DNA of 64,000 nucleotides, taken from NCBI GenBank assembly GCA_963799845.1, contig CAWCYI010000006.1:1664001-1728000 (forward strand), read 5' to 3'. The translations under genes were made by a program, and so were the position numbers. This DNA comes from an uncultured Nitrososphaerota archaeon. Lineage in GTDB: Archaea; Thermoproteota; Nitrososphaeria; Nitrososphaerales; CADDZS01. Positions within the stretch are counted from its first letter, which is position 1, and each line of letters starts with the position of its first letter. Under the pieces are notes generated by a model, which was given only the letters and a program-made list of their open reading frames with translations, did no database searches and had not been told where the DNA came from. Below are positions 39,908-50,694 of this stretch, piece after piece.

Positions 39908-40831
39908 ATGCCGTTCATTGACGACTGCGGATTGATGCTCGAACCCCAGGAGGGCATGAGTGTCGAGGAAATAGTCGGATGGGCTAGTTACGCGGAAAGA
40001 TCAGGTTACGGATACATCTTCAGGTCTGATCATCTGATTCCCACCTCGGGTACGAAAGGACTTGCGTCACCCGAGTGCTGGGTGACATTGGGTGCCATCG
40101 CCGCAAGAACTGATCGTATAAAATTTGGACCAATGGTTTCTCCCATTGGGTTCCGGAATCCCGCCATACTCGCTAACATGGCGTGCGCGTTGTATTCCTA
40201 TTCTATGGGGAGGGCTATTCTTTCGATCGGTGCGGGATGGTACCAGGCCGAGTACGAGGCGCACGGGATTATATTTCCAGATCTAAATCAAAGGAAAGAA
40301 GGCTTCCACGAAGCGCTCCAGATCATAAGCCCGCTAACGGAGGGGAAACGCGCAACTTTCAAGGGCAAGTATTATTCAGCAGACGTCGAGTGCTATCCAA
40401 AACCTGTCCCCAAAATTCACCTCATCGTTGGCGGGCGTGATTCTCAGATCATGAAGTGGGCCAGCGAGTTTGCAGACGAGCTCAACATTTACAGCCCAAC
40501 TATGAAGTGGGTCGAAAAAGCTCGGGGGATACTCGGTGAAGACAGTAGTGTCGCCCTTTCGCAGATGGGACCATTTTTCATCGGCGAATCAGAAGTCGAT
40601 CTCAACAAAAGAGTTCAGCGCTTTCTGAAGGTGAACGGTCTCGAAGGAAGTGTAGAGGATCAGATTGCCAATTTTAGAGAGCGCGGAATCTTCTGCGGCG
40701 CTCCGGAAGATTTCATCGACCAGATAAAGGAAAAGAAAAACGCGGGCATGAACAAATTCTACTTCCAGCTCAGCGATCCCGCCGACAAGGAAGCAACGGA
40801 GATCCTGACCAAAACAGTTCGCAGGCTCTAG
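39908..40831 (+). CDS. LLM-class flavin/F420-dependent oxidoreductase
   Basis: RSDHL, ECWVTLGAIAART, FRNPAILA, GAGWYQAEY. Confidence 0.88.
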   Translation: MPFIDDCGLMLEPQEGMSVEEIVGWASYAERSGYGYIFRSDHLIPTSGTKGLASPECWVTLGAIAARTDRIKFGPMVSPIGFRNPAILANMACALYSYSMGRAILSIGAGWYQAEYEAHGIIFPDLNQRKEGFHEALQIISPLTEGKRATFKGKYYSADVECYPKPVPKIHLIVGGRDSQIMKWASEFADELNIYSPTMKWVEKARGILGEDSSVALSQMGPFFIGESEVDLNKRVQRFLKVNGLEGSVEDQIANFRERGIFCGAPEDFIDQIKEKKNAGMNKFYFQLSDPADKEATEILTKTVRRL

Positions 40832-41580
40832 ACAATTTCCAAACTAAATTCTTCGATTAGCTTTGATGCCAGATCAAAGTTTCTAGAAACCTGGTCCGGA
40901 TAGTGGGAATCAGATCCATAACTTACCTTGCAATTTGCTCGGTGACATGCGGAAGCCAACTTGCTGACAAGTTCCGGAGTCCTTGAAAGATCCGCCCCAT
41001 TGAGCTCGACAGCCTTCCCATTCTTCCTTGCGACTTTGGCCAGATCAAACATCAAATCCTCGAAGTCGTCTGGAATCGACGGGGTGCCCACCGCGAGCCT
41101 TTCTGGATGTGTCAGTATGTCAAACGGAATGAAATCGCTCTCTAATGCCTCCTTCTGAGTTTCGACGTACTCCCTCCACCTTTTCTCGACGCTTTTCTTG
41201 TCCATGGGCAATTTATTCTCCTCCACGTCTATCCCCCCGGCCAACTCGTGAACCGAGCAAAGAAGTACGTCCCACTTTTTGCTCGAAACTATCCGACCGA
41301 TTTCAGAGCTGTATTGCCCGATATAGTCAACCTCCAGTCCTCTCCTTACGTGGATTCCCTCGAGGCCCCTTATCTTTTCGAATTCTTTTAGATAATCATC
41401 GAACGAGGAGAACATGCGCCCGGATTCGTGCACGGAACCGAACTTTACTTTCTGCCTTACAAACGTGAATTGCGAAATGTGCTCTGTCGTAGAAAGACGG
41501 CTCACGTTTGTCTTTTTCGCGGCATCTGCCATTGATTCTATGCCGGCGAGGATAATGTGGCTGTGGTTATCGTAATGCAA
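40828..41580 (-). CDS. PHP-family phosphatase (HisJ-like histidinol-phosphatase)
   Basis: DNHSH, TEH, GLEVD, SVH, THP, ELNG, GSDSH. Confidence 0.8.
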   Translation of the reverse strand: MHYDNHSHIILAGIESMADAAKKTNVSRLSTTEHISQFTFVRQKVKFGSVHESGRMFSSFDDYLKEFEKIRGLEGIHVRRGLEVDYIGQYSSEIGRIVSSKKWDVLLCSVHELAGGIDVEENKLPMDKKSVEKRWREYVETQKEALESDFIPFDILTHPERLAVGTPSIPDDFEDLMFDLAKVARKNGKAVELNGADLSRTPELVSKLASACHRANCKVSYGSDSHYPDQVSRNFDLASKLIEEFSLEIV

Positions 41581-42589
41581 AAGTCTTGCTCAATAGAAAT
41601 AATTTCTGAATGGTTTTTCAACAGATCGGGCAGTACAGATCAGATTCTGAACAAAAGATTCTCGAATTAAAGTGACGGACGCAAGAAGAAATTGCTTTAT
41701 ACCAAATTAAAGTGGGATGAGATTGAGTAAGAGATGAATACTGGTGTTTTAGTTTGGCTCTCGTAGCCTGAATCTTGTACAGAACGAAGATCCTCTCTCG
41801 CCCGAAACTCTCAATCGCCTTCCAAGCAATCCAAAATCTAGCAGGCCGAAATTTGGCCTCGCGTTTCAAGCGAGCCAGCCACTCGATCATTACGTGGAAT
41901 GCGCGAAGCTCGCGAAGAAATACCAATTTGATATGGTACAGGTCTATGACGACCTGCTCTTCAAACCGGCTTGGCCGATACTATTCGCGATGGCCCGCGA
42001 GCTGAGGGGCAGCGGCACAACTATTGGACCTGGAGTCGTGAATCCCTACCACATGCACCCAGCGCTAATTGCAACGCATCTAGCGTCCCTTAACGAAGAG
42101 ATGAATGGCGATTCCTTCCTCATGATCGGAAAGGGTGCATTCCATGATCTCTTCGATGTGAAAACCCCGAAGCCGATTACTGCCACAAAAGAAGCGATCG
42201 AGATTATCTACAATCTTCTCTCTGGGAGTCCGACAGATTACATCGGGGAGATATTCAAGATGAACATCGGGGCCAAGTTCCGCTGGGAATATGCTGTACG
42301 CAAGCTCCCAAAGATATGGATAGGAAGCTGGGGTCCAAAGATGTGCGAGCTCGCTGGCAAAATGAGGCAAGTCTCCGGCATCATGGTCAGCAGCATCACA
42401 GATCCGTGCTACCTGAGATATCTCAGAGAACGGTGTCGCGCGGGAGCTCATTCAGCGGGTCGTGAACCGGATGAAATTGAGATCGGATGCGTCCCCGGGA
42501 CGATTATCTCGGAGGACAGAGACGCAGCTCTAGCTCTCGCGAGAAAGGCCAGCGCGGTATATCTTCCCTACCTTGAGCCAATGACCGAA

Positions 42590-44224
42590 GAGACTGTGTG
42601 AGAACTATTTAAAGGCAAATACTTTGGCCGACAGGCCTATCTACGAGTACGCCCTAATGCATGAACGTGAGTAATAGCGGTCACGTGGAGGGTAGTGAGC
42701 GAAGGCAGAGGATACTCCTTCCAGACATGTTGGACGAATACGTAGACGAAGACAATCCAGTCAGGTTCATTGATGCATTTGTAGACAAGCTCAGCCTGAA
42801 GAAGCTCGGATTCAAGCATTCCGTCCCAAGCGAGACTGGAAGACCGTCGTACGACCCCGCAGATCTTCTCAAGCTATACATCTATGGATACCTGAACCAG
42901 ATTCGTTCCAGCAGAAAGCTCGAGCGAGAGTGCAGGAGAAATCTTGAACTCGTCTGGCTCATGAAGAAACTCACTCCGGACTTCAAGACCATATCCGATT
43001 TTCGGAAGAACAACGTAGACTCGATCAAGCCAGTCTTCAAGGAATTCGTCTTTCTTTGCAAGAGCCTTGATCTCTTCGGGCTTGAGCTCGTCGGCATCGA
43101 CGGGAGTAAGTTCAAAGCTGTCAACTCCAAAGACAAGAGCTGACTTTAACGAAAGAAAACTCGAGAACAGCTTGAAACTCACGAACGAAAAGATAGAACG
43201 ATACCTGAAGGAGATCGAGGAGAATGACAAAAATGACGTTGACGATGATAACGACAAAGAGCAGGAGACTAGGGAGCTCAAAGAGAAGATTGGCAAGCTT
43301 GAGGAGAAGCGGAACGAATACATTCGAATACAGAATGAGATGAAGGAGAGCGGAAAGAAAGAGATGACGCTCAACGACCCGGAGAGCAGACTGATGAAGG
43401 CTGGCAGGGGGCTCGACGTGTGCTACAACGTAGAATCTGCCGTCGATTCAAAGTACCACATGGTTTGTGAGTATTATATCACGAATCATCCTAGTGACAA
43501 GAACGAACTTGCAAATGTTGCAATAGGAGCTATGAAGACACTGGGCGTCGGAAAGCTTGATGCAACCGCAGATAGCGGATTCTTCGACGCGGAGCATATC
43601 AGAGAATGCATCCAAAATGGGATAACTCCGTACGTCACCGAGCAGAAGTCCATCGGGAGTGCGAAGAGGAGAGGCATACCAACGCCGGAATTTTACAAGA
43701 GCGAGTTCTTCTACGACAAAGAAGCAGATGCGTACACTTGTCCCGCGGGAGAGAATCTTTGGTCCATGTACGTAATGGACAAGGGGAAGGGTAAGCGAAT
43801 GAGGGTCTACGGGACAACGGCGTGCTCCAACTGCCCATTCTTCCTTACAAAATGTACAGCCGACAGAACTGGCAGGAAGATATACAGAGGACTTCACGAA
43901 GAGCTAATCGAAGAGATGAGGCAAAGAATCAAGGACGACCCTTCCAAAACAAAATTTAGGAAGGAGCTCTGCGAGCATCCGTTTGGTACGATGAAGAGGG
44001 CGTTCAACCAGGGCTACCTTCTTCTCAAAGGATTAAGGAAGGTTGGCGGTGAAGTCGGATTCACCATGCTTGCATATAACATGAGGAGAGCAATCAATGT
44101 ACTCGGAACAAAGGCATTGATAGGATCGCTCGGACTGTAGTCGAGATCCACTAGCCCTCTTTATGAAGTAACATCGAATAGATCTCATCGTGGGAGCGGA
44201 TCAAATGAGTTTTAACACAGTCTC
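42590..44224. mobile_element. IS1182-family insertion sequence, 1635 bp, 4-bp TSD CGAA
   Basis: Left end GAGACTGTGTGAGAACT; right end AGTTTTAACACAGTCTC; CGAA at 42586-42589 and 44225-44228. Confidence 0.9.
42661..44140 (+). CDS. IS1182-family transposase, frame break near 43140
   Basis: GRPSYDP..LLKLYIYGY...SSRKLE, PDFKTISDFR, IDGSKFKA, DPESRLM, ADSGF, EHPFGTMK. Confidence 0.9.
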
Positions 44225-44591
44225 CGAATTCGTTGGGATAAATCGAAACGAAATAGAGTCTGTCAAAGAAGCCCTTTCAAGAAATGACCTATCGACGGCC
44301 GCTTCCAGAATTTCTGATAAGGCGGTTAACTCGTTCAAACTGTGGGGAACTCCCGACGATATTGTAGAAAAGACACTCAAGATGTTGGACAGCGGTCGAG
44401 GAGCGGAAAGGATAAACTTTGGGTTTGGGCGCGGCAAAGATGACATCGAGAGCATCGAACTCTTGGGGCAGAAAGTAATGCCTTACTTGCGGGACAAATC
44501 TGGAAAGAGGTAAGTCAGTCTCTTCACTTTCTCGGCGATTGCCTCGGCAAAGCCTATCTACTGCAATTGAAACCGCTCAATTTGGTTTTAC

Positions 44592-45377
44592 ATGGCAATT
44601 ATAGCGGTCTCGGATCAACATCTGGGAATAGAAACTGCCGACAAAGCCGCATTCAATCGCTTCCTCGACCAGCTTCAATCTGATGCGAGCCTGACGGATC
44701 TTGTCCTGCTTGGAGATGTCGTGGACATGTGGAGGAGAGATGCCTCGGGAGTATTCCTCGAAAATAAAGACGTTCTCGATCGAGTCATTGTCCTGCAGAA
44801 GAAAATCCGCGTCCACTACATAGCGGGAAATCATGATTTCCACGTCCTCAAGCTGCAGGGTCACGGCTATCCATTCACCTTTGTGAGGAACCTCACTCTG
44901 CAACAGGACGGCGTAAATTACAGGTTCAACCACGGGTGGGAGTACGACGAGATGCAAAGAGAGCACTTCATGGAATCTCTTTGCCATGCGATGTCTGACC
45001 AAAAGGGAGAACGCGACAACAACCTCTGGGCGAGCCTGGGCCGTGACAAGAGTGACCTGTCATACTTCTTTTCTGTACTTATGAGGAAGGATAGTCTGCG
45101 ACACCAGGCAGAGCAGATGCAGTTAGATCCCTCCGTGAGATTGAAAGAGACCCTGAAAGGCGTCGAAAAAAAGGCCTGCTCAACAGTTCAGCCCGGGGAA
45201 GTTCTGGTCTTTGGGCACACTCACCGACCGTTCGTGAACAATGCAGAAAATACAGCAAACACGGGTTCATGGATCACGACTGCACCTACTCACAATACCT
45301 ATGTGCGTCTGGAAGGTGGCAAACCCAAGTTATTCGTCTTCGAAGGACAGGAAATTACAGAAAGGGCCGAGATTTGA
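44592..45377 (+). CDS. Calcineurin-like metallophosphoesterase (LpxH-like)
   Basis: SDQHLG, LGDVVD, GNHD, HG, GHTH, NTGSW. Confidence 0.85.
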   Translation: MAIIAVSDQHLGIETADKAAFNRFLDQLQSDASLTDLVLLGDVVDMWRRDASGVFLENKDVLDRVIVLQKKIRVHYIAGNHDFHVLKLQGHGYPFTFVRNLTLQQDGVNYRFNHGWEYDEMQREHFMESLCHAMSDQKGERDNNLWASLGRDKSDLSYFFSVLMRKDSLRHQAEQMQLDPSVRLKETLKGVEKKACSTVQPGEVLVFGHTHRPFVNNAENTANTGSWITTAPTHNTYVRLEGGKPKLFVFEGQEITERAEI

Positions 45378-45407
45378 ACGAACGTAATTAGCGCTTTTCT
45401 TGCGCAT

Positions 45408-46358
45408 TCAAATTGTTCGGATGAAGACCAACGACAGGAAAAACGCCAAACCCGCGCTGGAGGCAGTCACGAGCGCCCACCCCACGAAAAGAATTCCAAT
45501 CTCTCTATTGTTAGTTACAGACGGCCTCTGGGAGATCCCGGCGCCGAACATTCCTCCAATGACGACTTGAGTGAGAGAGACAGGAACTGAGAAGGCGGTC
45601 AAGACTCCCGTAACGATCGCGGAGGCGAGCATTGCTGCCAGAGTCTTCATCTGACCGAGGCCGACGATTCTGTCACCGACCACTTTGGCAATCATCTTCC
45701 CAAACAAGACCATGCCGAGAGCCGCCGCGCCGAAAATGGCAATTCCAAAAATATCTGGAGCAAGTGGGATGCTCGTTCCGATCGATGCAAATGAATCGAT
45801 CAGTCCCAGGTTGTTGGCTCCCAATGTGAAAGAAACAAAGAATACTACCAAGAGCAGAATAATACGGTTGCCTCTCATTATGCTGATCAAAGATCGTGAC
45901 TTTTCTGCTCTCATTACAAGCTCGTAGATGATGAAGCTAGTTAGAGCACAAACAAACGGGACAGCGATCCAGGACCCGAAAATCTCCAAAAGGAAAGCAA
46001 CTTTGATTTGTGTGTTACTGGCGAGAGCCGCCCCAAGGAATGCCCCCACGGTGCAGTTTGAAAGGCTCACGGGCAGTCGGAGTAGAGTGAGAATGAATAG
46101 CATCAAAACTGACACGAATACTGCGGTGAAAATTGAAGATGCCGGGAGGCTGTTTGACACGAGCTTCCCCAGGATCGAGCCGGCCATGATTTTTCCACCG
46201 ATAGCAAAGCCCGCGAATACTCCGGCCAGCGTTAGAAAAAGAGCGAGATTGTAGTTTATGAGATTTGATAGATTACCGGTCGTAAGCCCCGAATTATTCC
46301 AGCCAAAGACAAAAGCGAACAAGAGTAGCAGGAGAAGAAAGAGAAACGTCGGTGCCAG
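45408..46358 (-). CDS. pit: Inorganic phosphate transporter (PiT family)
   Basis: GWNN and GANN repeats, PVSLS/PVSLT; downstream of DUF47; probable CTG start at 46358. Confidence 0.82.
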   Translation of the reverse strand: MAPTFLFLLLLLLFAFVFGWNNSGLTTGNLSNLINYNLALFLTLAGVFAGFAIGGKIMAGSILGKLVSNSLPASSIFTAVFVSVLMLFILTLLRLPVSLSNCTVGAFLGAALASNTQIKVAFLLEIFGSWIAVPFVCALTSFIIYELVMRAEKSRSLISIMRGNRIILLLVVFFVSFTLGANNLGLIDSFASIGTSIPLAPDIFGIAIFGAAALGMVLFGKMIAKVVGDRIVGLGQMKTLAAMLASAIVTGVLTAFSVPVSLTQVVIGGMFGAGISQRPSVTNNREIGILFVGWALVTASSAGLAFFLSLVFIRTI

Positions 46359-47036
46359 TTAGGAATACCCCTTGGCGACCAGGATCGAAAGGACGTCTGA
46401 TCCGTTTTCTGAATTATCGGCGATATCGTCTGCAGTCTCAAGAAAATCCCTCAACATCACGATGTCAAGGGATTTAGCGTTGATCTCGTTCTTGAATAAA
46501 TGTTGAATGATGGCATACTTCATCGTGTCTGCCTCCCTTTCTTTTGCCTCTACTTTTTCCGCTATGGTCAAGACCTCGTCCTTGGTTCGTTCGAGAGCTT
46601 CGATCCCTTCCCCCAGCAGCTCGGCGTCAGAAATGCAGGTTGAGATGAATAATTCTACGTCGTCTTTGAACAGGTAGTCAATAACATCCTGTGGAACTTG
46701 TCGCTCGTGGAATACCCTTGCCGCTCGCTTGGAAGTATCTGAAATATTGCTGATGAGCTCGAGCAAGGTGAGAAGGTCTTCCCTTATCCCACCAAAGAAC
46801 GAACCGGTGCATAGCTCCCTTACCAAGTTCCGATGATCCTGAGCCACCTGCTCATCGTGATCAGCAATCGTGGCGTACTCGCGTTCAACAGCATCGTAGT
46901 CGTATTTCTTGAGATACCCCACAAGCGGGAGAAGGTGCTTGCTCGTTTCCATCGAACTATCAAGGAGGTTGAGGACGCGCGCGAGAATCTGCCGCTCTCC
47001 GTTGCCAAGAAAGCTAAAGAAATTCCGAAGAGACAC
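46359..47036 (-). CDS. DUF47 (PhoU-like) phosphate transport regulator
   Basis: REDLLTL, EAKEREAD, DDIADNSE; paired with PiT. Confidence 0.85.
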   Translation of the reverse strand: MSLRNFFSFLGNGERQILARVLNLLDSSMETSKHLLPLVGYLKKYDYDAVEREYATIADHDEQVAQDHRNLVRELCTGSFFGGIREDLLTLLELISNISDTSKRAARVFHERQVPQDVIDYLFKDDVELFISTCISDAELLGEGIEALERTKDEVLTIAEKVEAKEREADTMKYAIIQHLFKNEINAKSLDIVMLRDFLETADDIADNSENGSDVLSILVAKGYS

Positions 47037-47056
47037 CTAGACTACTCCCGAAGCGA

Positions 47057-47188
47057 CTAGCACGACCTGGTGTCTCCTTCCTCTTCATCCTCTTCGAAAT
47101 CGTCTTCTTCCGACTCTTCCTCTGACTTTTCTTCAGATTCTCCTTCGAATTCGTCTTCCGCCTCTCTTTCCTTCTTCTTGTCTGGCAT
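47057..47188 (-). CDS. 43-aa hyperacidic small protein
   Basis: Manual translation MPDKKKEREAEDEFEGESEEKSEEESEEDDFEEDEEEGDTRSC; ends 20 nt before the DUF47 start. Confidence 0.5.
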   Translation of the reverse strand: MPDKKKEREAEDEFEGESEEKSEEESEEDDFEEDEEEGDTRSC

Positions 47189-47715
47189 AATCATCTGACG
47201 TTGAATTTACAAATTCCCCTGCATTAGAGGTTTTCAGAGTTCTCGAGTATGCAGTCAGAATATCTGCTACGTTCTGGATTCTGTGTGTGCACGGCGCTTT
47301 GAAAAGTATCCTGGAGACCTTCTTTGGATCTTTCGCATCATCCAGAATGTCGAAGGGGATCTCTTCGTCGATTATCGCGACTCCTCCAAGACCCGCTGTG
47401 CCTCGGAATCGCCGAGGATTTTCACACCATGCAGTAGGATTTTAGACTCGAGAGATTGGCATGCCTTGATGTTACCCTAGAGGTAACACCACGGATATTA
47501 GATCTCGCTAGCAGAGCACGGCTTAACAACAGCGTTGAAGAATGATAGAGATAAGCAAAATAGATGTCAGCTGGAAATTTCAGATGAAGGAAGTTCCTGG
47601 CTTCGGGCTAGATTTCGTCAAGGATAACCTCTCCGAAGAAACCGAAAAACCCCTGAATGAACTCGTTGCGGAGACCGAGAATTCGACCATCTAACTTCGG
47701 CATAGATGTTACAAA

Positions 47716-48449
47716 ATGAAAACCGAGCAGATGACTCCAGTCGAAAAGAAAACGTCTGACTTCAAACGAGCCGGATTATTGTTTACATTTGCCGGCTCTG
47801 CTTTTATTCTGCTGATCTTCCTGCTTGAGGCGCTCTATCCCGGATATAGCGTTCACTCGAACTCGATAAGTGATCTTCTGGCGACGACTGCAAGGACCTC
47901 GATAATTGGTGAGCCGATAGGTTTCGCAATTTCTGTCTCGTGGATAGTCGGAGGATTCTACCTCCTCAGAGGAACAGAAAGAAGGGATTATTGGTTTTGA
48001 ACCTGCTACCGGGAACAGGTTTCCTTCTGGCGGTACTTTCTCCCGAAAACGTCAATGTCGCGATACATTCGGTGGGTGCCGTACTGGCTTTCTTTCCCGG
48101 GGCGATCGTGATGCTCCTCGCATTCAGGACGATTCAAACTCAGTTTAGATATTTCTCGCTGTTCTTCGGGCTGGTCAGTTTCGTTGGGATAATTTTCGAG
48201 TTCGGGGGGTATTATTCGCCTCTGGTCCAGCAGACTCTACGTCCCGGAGGATGGGAAAGAGTCATTGTATACCCGATTTTGATCTGGCTGGTCGGATACA
48301 GGAATTATCTGCTCACAATGAGTACAGGCGCGCGGTTGCAGAGCTCCCCTAGGGGGCCCTCACTCCATAATAGCTTCAAACGAGCTCTTCGGCCAAAAAG
48401 TATACCCGTGTGTGAAACGCAGAGAGAATTCAGTACTAAAGATGTATAG
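47716..48449 (+). CDS. DUF998 family membrane protein, frameshift near 47995
   Basis: EALYPGYSVHSNSISDL, FPE-like SPEN, IHSVGA, GGWERVIVYP. Confidence 0.75.
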
Positions 48450-48691
48450 TTCTCGAGCAAAGATCTGGTAAATCGGCTAAAATTTCTAGAACATCTTCGA
48501 AAACTCGAAATCCCAGTACGAAATGATCAACTCGACGATTGTCGAGTATACTCATATCGCAGCTTTCTTTGTGCCTCCGTTCAATTCGTTCTGAGCTTGA
48601 GCTCCGTTCAGCTCGTTTCAAGCTCTTCTGAGCTAACAGAGCTTGAACGTCAGCTCTTCAGTCAAAAGGTACGAGCGGTTGCGAAACGGCA

Positions 48692-48716
48692 GAATTTTTT
48701 TCTTTAAGAATCAATG
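48692..48716 (+). repeat. Dispersed 25-bp motif, copy 2 (GAATTTTTTTCTTTAAGAATCAATG)
   Basis: 24/25 identical to 9498-9522. Confidence 0.6.
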
Positions 48717-48834
48717 GGAACTCGTATATGAAGCATCATGGGGATATAGTAGCGAAGTCGATGAGCTCGTTGACGGAGTTGCATGAAACTTTGGAAACCC
48801 ACACTAAACAAAATAATCCAAGCAAGAGACAAGT

Positions 48835-49290
48835 TTGAGTAATGCAATTTTGCAAGGGGAAGTAACAAAATTGGTTTCCCTCCGAGATAAAATTCTGGCC
48901 GTAAAGGAAGGCAAAGCAGATGTGCCGATCATGAAGACGCTTGGCATTGACGTGGTTCAGTTTGGAGAGGGGAAGGCCGTGCTCACGATGAGCGTCGACA
49001 AGAGATTCCACAATCCAATGGGAACTCTTCACGGAGGCATCATGACCGACCTGGCCGACGCGAGCATGGGAGTGGCGATGATGAGCGTCTTGGGAGACGA
49101 GGAGTCCTTTACGACCCTGGAGCTAAAGATGAATTTCCTGCGACCAGTTTACGAAGGAGAACTCACCGCCGAAGCAAAAGTACTTCACAGAGGACGAACC
49201 GTAGCCCTGGTGGAATCGGTTTTGAAGAATAGTGAAGGAAAGGAGGTTGCCAGAGCTTCTGCTACGCAGCTGGTTTTACATCCCAGATGA
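48835..49290 (+). CDS. PaaI family thioesterase
   Basis: HNPMGTLHGG...DASMG...TLELKMNFLRP. Confidence 0.9.
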   Translation: MSNAILQGEVTKLVSLRDKILAVKEGKADVPIMKTLGIDVVQFGEGKAVLTMSVDKRFHNPMGTLHGGIMTDLADASMGVAMMSVLGDEESFTTLELKMNFLRPVYEGELTAEAKVLHRGRTVALVESVLKNSEGKEVARASATQLVLHPR

Positions 49291-49410
49291 TAGGAAAGTT
49301 TGTCGGAAGAATTTGCATGGTGCTATTTCAGAAATTTTTCAGATTCGTGTTAAGACGCGACATTATTTGGAGAAAAAAGATAAAACACTTTATCGCTTGT
49401 CCTGAGATAG

Positions 49411-49719
49411 TTGATCAATAAGGGTCGAATAATTGCGGATTATCTAGTTTCAGGAATAATTGTGGGCGGACTACTTACAATCGAGAGTCAACTGGGTTAT
49501 CCACTATCCTTCAATCTTTTGGTGCTGGGAATCTACGACATCTTCATCATTATTCATGTATTGACGGTTGCGGTACATCCCATCGGGCTAACACTATTTC
49601 TACCTCTAGCTTTCTCCGAGATCTGGATTGGCGGAGGGTTAGCATATCTCTTGTTCTTCCTTTCTCTGGCAGCCATTCTTGGAATCGCAGTTGAACTAGA
49701 TCTCTTCGGGAGGCATTAG
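49411..49719 (+). CDS. Small hypothetical membrane protein
   Basis: 102 aa, almost entirely hydrophobic. Confidence 0.5.
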   Translation: MINKGRIIADYLVSGIIVGGLLTIESQLGYPLSFNLLVLGIYDIFIIIHVLTVAVHPIGLTLFLPLAFSEIWIGGGLAYLLFFLSLAAILGIAVELDLFGRH

Positions 49720-50057
49720 AACACGAGAAGATCTCTGCTTGCAATGTTCATGTAATTACTCGAAACGAAGATAGATGGCATATGCTGGAACGAAATTCTC
49801 GTTCTGGTTCAACTTTGATTCTAACGGAAATATCGTCTCTGTGGAGGTTACAATCACTTATCATACCAGCTCCATCGACCCATCGAATCGACTCGAATTG
49901 TGATTTATTCTTTTTCGTGCTTGTTTTTGCTTGAAGGTAGAAAGGCCAAAATTCCTGCGATTGATGTTTTCTTGAGTCGAAAGTATTTTGCTAGCGATCT
50001 TAGAACATGAGATTCACACGCAAGTCTCACGGGACATTATATTCTAGGTTGTTGCAT

Positions 50058-50510
50058 CTATTGCGTTAGATTTCCCACCAGAGCATTGTTGAGCGAAATG
50101 ATATCTTTAGGTTTCAATTCCAGGATCCTGTCTGTAGTTCCTCCCCCGCAGAAAATTGTTTCATGTTTCAAGAGAGATTCGTCCATGACAACGGTTAGCG
50201 ACAACCTGTGACCTACTGAAGGCGTACCGCCAGGTGGATAACCACTGATACTTTCTGCCTCTCCAAAGGGAATCAAAGAAACGTTCTTTGTCCCGAGTAT
50301 GCGTGAAGCTTTCTTTAGGTCAACTCTCTTGTTGCCGGGTACGATCAGCAACACGAACTTCCCCTCGCTAGTCGCACCAACAAGATTTTTCGTAAGTTGG
50401 TTCAGATCAACTCCCGTAACCTTCGAAGCATCCGAAGTGTGGATGGTTTCTGGCTTTGCGATAAATCTGTGCCATATTTTCTTTGACTCTAGGAATTCCT
50501 CAAGTGTCAA
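50058..50510 (-). CDS. YbaK/EbsC family aminoacyl-tRNA deacylase
   Basis: LTKNLV, GNKRVDLKK, SGYPPGGTPSVG, CGGG. Confidence 0.88.
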   Translation of the reverse strand: MTLEEFLESKKIWHRFIAKPETIHTSDASKVTGVDLNQLTKNLVGATSEGKFVLLIVPGNKRVDLKKASRILGTKNVSLIPFGEAESISGYPPGGTPSVGHRLSLTVVMDESLLKHETIFCGGGTTDRILELKPKDIISLNNALVGNLTQ

Positions 50511-50694
50511 ACAAATCGACTACTCATCACAGGAATCTCTGGGAAATAAGAAATGTCCTTCAAGCCTAGACAGAGGACAAATTCCTCCTTTAGGTGGTAA
50601 CGAATTGAACCCAACTAGACTCAAATCTATCCTGTTCTAATGTGATTATGAGTATTCGTCATGCTGATTCACGGGAAAATAGGGAGAGGTCTCA

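Larger units (their letters stand above)
41845..44513 (+). pseudogene. LLM-class (Mer-like) oxidoreductase interrupted by the IS1182-like element
   Basis: 5' part PKFGLAFQ...GPGVVNPY...YLEPMTE; 3' part FVGINRNE...GTPDD...LLGQKVMP; the parts join in frame after removing 42590-44228. Confidence 0.85.

Noticed and set aside
47230-47700. Coding-like fragments between the acidic sORF and DUF998
   Set aside because: Broken frames, family not identifiable.
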